A program made the translations under genes and the position numbers. A stretch of DNA of 64,000 bases from the human T2T-CHM13v2.0 reference genome, Homo sapiens, in assembly GCF_009914755.1 (NCBI RefSeq), contig NC_060939.1; one strand, given 5' to 3'. Positions 61,401 to 64,000 of the stretch are shown one piece after another; within the stretch, counting starts at the first letter, position 1, and every line of letters begins with the position of its first letter. The notes under the pieces were generated by a model. That model had not been told where the DNA came from, did no database searches, and saw only the letters and a list, made by a program, of their open reading frames with translations.

Positions 61401-64000
61401 AGAAGATTCTGAGAATGCTTTTGTCTAGATTTTATATGAAGATATTCCCGTGTCCAACGAAATTTTCAAAGGTCTCCAAATATCCATTTGTAGATTCTAC
61501 AAAAAGAGTGTTTCCAAACTGCTGTATCAAAACAAAGGTTGAACTCTGTGAGTTGAGGACACACATCACAAATAAGTTTCTGAGAATGCTTCTGTCTAGT
61601 TTTTATTTGAAGATGTTTCCTTTTTCACCATAGGCCTGAAAGCGCTCGAAATGTCCACTTCCAGATAGTACAGAAAGAGTGTTTCAAACCTGCTCTATGA
61701 ACGGGAATGTTCAGCTCTGTGAGTTGAATGCAAACATCACAAAGCAGGTTCTGAGAATGCTTCCGTCTAGATTTTAAATGAGGATATTCCCGTTTCCAAC
61801 GAAATCCTCGAAGCTATCCAAATATCCACTTGCAGATTCCACAAAAAGAGTGTTTCAAAACTGCTCTGTCAAAAGATAGGTTCAACTCTGTTAGTTGAGT
61901 ACACACATGGCAAACAAGATTGCGAGAATGCTTTCGTCTAGTTTTTTTGGGAAGATATTTCCTTCTTCACCATAGGCCTCAAAGCGCTCCAAATATCCAT
62001 TTCCACATGCTATACAAAGAGTGTCTCAAACCTGCTGTATGAATGGGAATGTTCAACTCTATGAGTTGAATGCAAACATCACAAAGAAGTTTCTGAGAAT
62101 GCTGCTGTCTAGATTTTATATGAAGGTTTTCCCGCTTCCAACGAAATTTTCAATGCTCTCAAAATATCCTCTTGTAGATTCTACAAAAAGAGTGTTTCCA
62201 AACTGCTGTATCAAAACAAAGGTTCATCTCTGTTAGTTGAGGACACACATCACAAATAAGTTTCTGAGAATGCTTCTGTCTAGTTCTTATTTGAAGACAT
62301 TTCCTTTCTCACCTTAGGCCTGAAAGCGCTCGAAATACCCACTTCCAGATACTACAGAAACAGTGATTCAAACCTGCTCTATGAAAGGGAATGTTCAACT
62401 ATGTGACTTGAATGCAAACATCACAAAGCAGTTTCTGAGAATGCTGCTGTCTACTTTCTATTTGTAATCCCGTTTCCAACGAAATCCTCAGAACTATCGA
62501 AATTTCCAATTGCAGATTCCACAGAAACAGGGTTTCAAAGCTGCTCTGTAAAAAGAAAGGTTCAACTCTGTTAGTTGAATACACACGTCACAAACAAGTT
62601 TCTGAGAATGCTTCTGTCTAGTTTTTATGGGAAGATATTTCCTTTTTCACCGTAGGCCTCAAAGCGCTCCAAATGTCCACTTCCACATACTACAAAAAGA
62701 GTGTTTCAAACCTGCTCTATGATAGGGAATGTTGAAACCTATGAGTTGAATGCAAGCATTACAAAGAGGTTTCTGAGAATGCTTCTGTCTAGATTTTATA
62801 TGTAGATATTCCCGTTTCCAACGAAATCCTCAAAGCTATCCAAATATCAACTTGCAGATTCTACAAAAGGAATGTTTCCAAAATGCTGTATCCAAACAAA
62901 GGTTCAACTCTGTGAATTGAGGGCATACATCACAAAGAAGATTCTGAGAATGCTTCTGTCTAGATTTTATATGAAAATATTCCCGTTTCCAACGAAATCC
63001 TCAAAGCTATCCAAATATCCACTTGCAAATGCCACAAAAAGAGTGTTTCCAAACTGCTCTGTGAAAAGGAAGGTTCAACTCTGTTAGTTGAGTACACACA
63101 TCACAAAGAGGTTTCTGAGAATGCTGCTGACTAGTTTTTATTTGAAGATATTTCCCTTTTCACCTTAGGCCTAAGAGTGCTCGAAATGTCCATTTCCACA
63201 TACTCCACAAAGTGTGTTTCAAACGTGCTGTATGAAAGGGAATGTTCAACTCTATGAGTTGAATGCAAACATCACAAAGAAGATTCTGAGAATGCTTTTG
63301 TCTAGATTTTATATGAAGATATTCCCGTGTCCAACGAAATTTTCAAAGGTCTCCAAATAAAGATTGTTTCCAAACTGCTGTATCAAAACAAAGGTTGAAC
63401 TCTGTGAGTTGAGGACACACATCACAAATAAGTTTCTGAGAATGCTTCTGTCTAGTTTTTATTTGAAGATGTTTCCTTTTTCACCATAGGCCTGAAAGCG
63501 CTCGAAATGTCCACTTCCAGATAGTACAGAAAGAGTGTTTCAAACCTGCTCTATGAACGGGAATGTTCAGCTCTGTGAGTTGAATGCAAACATCACAAAG
63601 CAGGTTCTGAGAATGCTTCCGTCTAGATTTTAAATGAGGATATTCCCGTTTCCAACGAAATCCTCGAAGCTATCCAAATATCCACTTGCAGATTCCACAA
63701 AAAGAGTGTTTCAAAACTGCTCTGTCAAAAGATAGGTTCAACTCTGTTAGTTGAGTACACACATGGCAAACAAGATTGCGAGAATGCTTTCGTCTAGTTT
63801 TTTTGGGAAGATATTTCCTTCTTCACCATAGGCCTCAAAGCGCTCCAAATATCCATTTCCACATGCTATACAAAGAGTGTCTCAAACCTGCTGTATGAAT
63901 GGGAATGTTCAACTCTATGAGTTGAATGCAAACATCACAAAGAAGTTTCTGAGAATGCTTCTGTCTAGATTTTATATGAAGGTTTTCCCGCTTCCAACGA
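58438..64000 (-). repeat. 15-mer, 11-mer and a partial HOR with 21-bp deletion
   Basis: Spacings 2557 and 1877; deletion junction near 63360; truncated by the window end. Confidence 0.9.

Larger units (their letters stand above)
1..64000 (-). repeat. Centromeric alpha-satellite HOR array (SF2-like dimeric; probably human chr15 D15Z3 / S2C15H1L)
   Basis: Continuous ~171-bp periodicity (CENP-B boxes at 45, 216, 558, 900). Hallmark alphoid motifs TTCTGAGAATGCTTCTGTCTAG, GTTCAACTCTGTGAGTTGAATGCA and TCCCGTTTCCAACGAAA recur throughout. Near-identical HOR copies are 1877 and 2557 bp. Alpha-satellite identity is essentially certain; the chromosome assignment rests only on recalled 11/15-mer organisation (about 0.6). 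Confidence 0.99.

Noticed and set aside
107-63087. Over 100 short ORFs (61-98 aa; MFPKCC, MFQTCC, MSQTCC and MYSTNR families) as a tandem gene family
   Set aside because: They recur exactly with satellite periodicity (171 = 57 codons), many use non-ATG starts, and they are freely broken or fused by satellite variants. They show no gene context or recognisable domain.
1-64000. CRISPR-like or other repeat-spacer array
   Set aside because: The intervals between conserved motifs are themselves homologous repeats rather than unique spacers, and there are no cas or other genes.
1-64000. L1/Alu insertion or inversion within the array
   Set aside because: All unit lengths are explained by 1197 + 338/680 modules, -21 and +1. 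I saw no poly(A), foreign sequence or plus-strand TTCGTTGGAA boxes.
1-64000. Short palindromes (TCTAGA, AGGCCT, AGCGCT, GAAATTTC) as terminators or cruciform elements
   Set aside because: They are ordinary 6-8 bp alphoid features; I saw no extended hairpin, and structure cannot be inferred without folding calculations.

Overview
The whole 64 kb window is one uninterrupted, single-orientation primate centromeric alpha-satellite higher-order-repeat (HOR) array. It is built from ~171-bp monomers, mostly alternating A/B types, with CENP-B boxes on the minus strand. I found no genes, RNA genes, transposons, CRISPR arrays or inversions; every ORF in the track is an incidental satellite reading frame. 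Using the recurring 'MFPKCC' frame as a phase marker, there are 27 complete HOR units made of a 7-monomer core (1197 bp; monomers a-g) plus 680-bp 4-monomer cassettes (h-k). These are ten 11-mers (1877/1856 bp), thirteen 15-mers (2557/2536/2558 bp), three 17-mers (2895 bp) and one 13-mer (2215 bp). Unit order (d = carries a 21-bp deletion): 17,11d,15,15,15,11d,17,17,13,11d,15,15,11,15d,15,11,15,11,15(+1),11,15d,11,15d,11,15d,15,11,(partial d). The 11/15-mer mix best fits the human suprachromosomal family 2 active array of chromosome 15 (D15Z3/S2C15H1L). That assignment comes from recall and needs alignment. I see no evidence of a new protein-coding or prokaryote-type system. The real interest is the array's internal history: a recurrent 21-bp-deleted monomer, a 26-monomer super-HOR, dispersed block duplications, hybrid or converted cassettes, a hidden tetramer ancestry, three inactivated CENP-B boxes, and a shift from a heterogeneous left domain to a homogeneous right domain near 29 kb.
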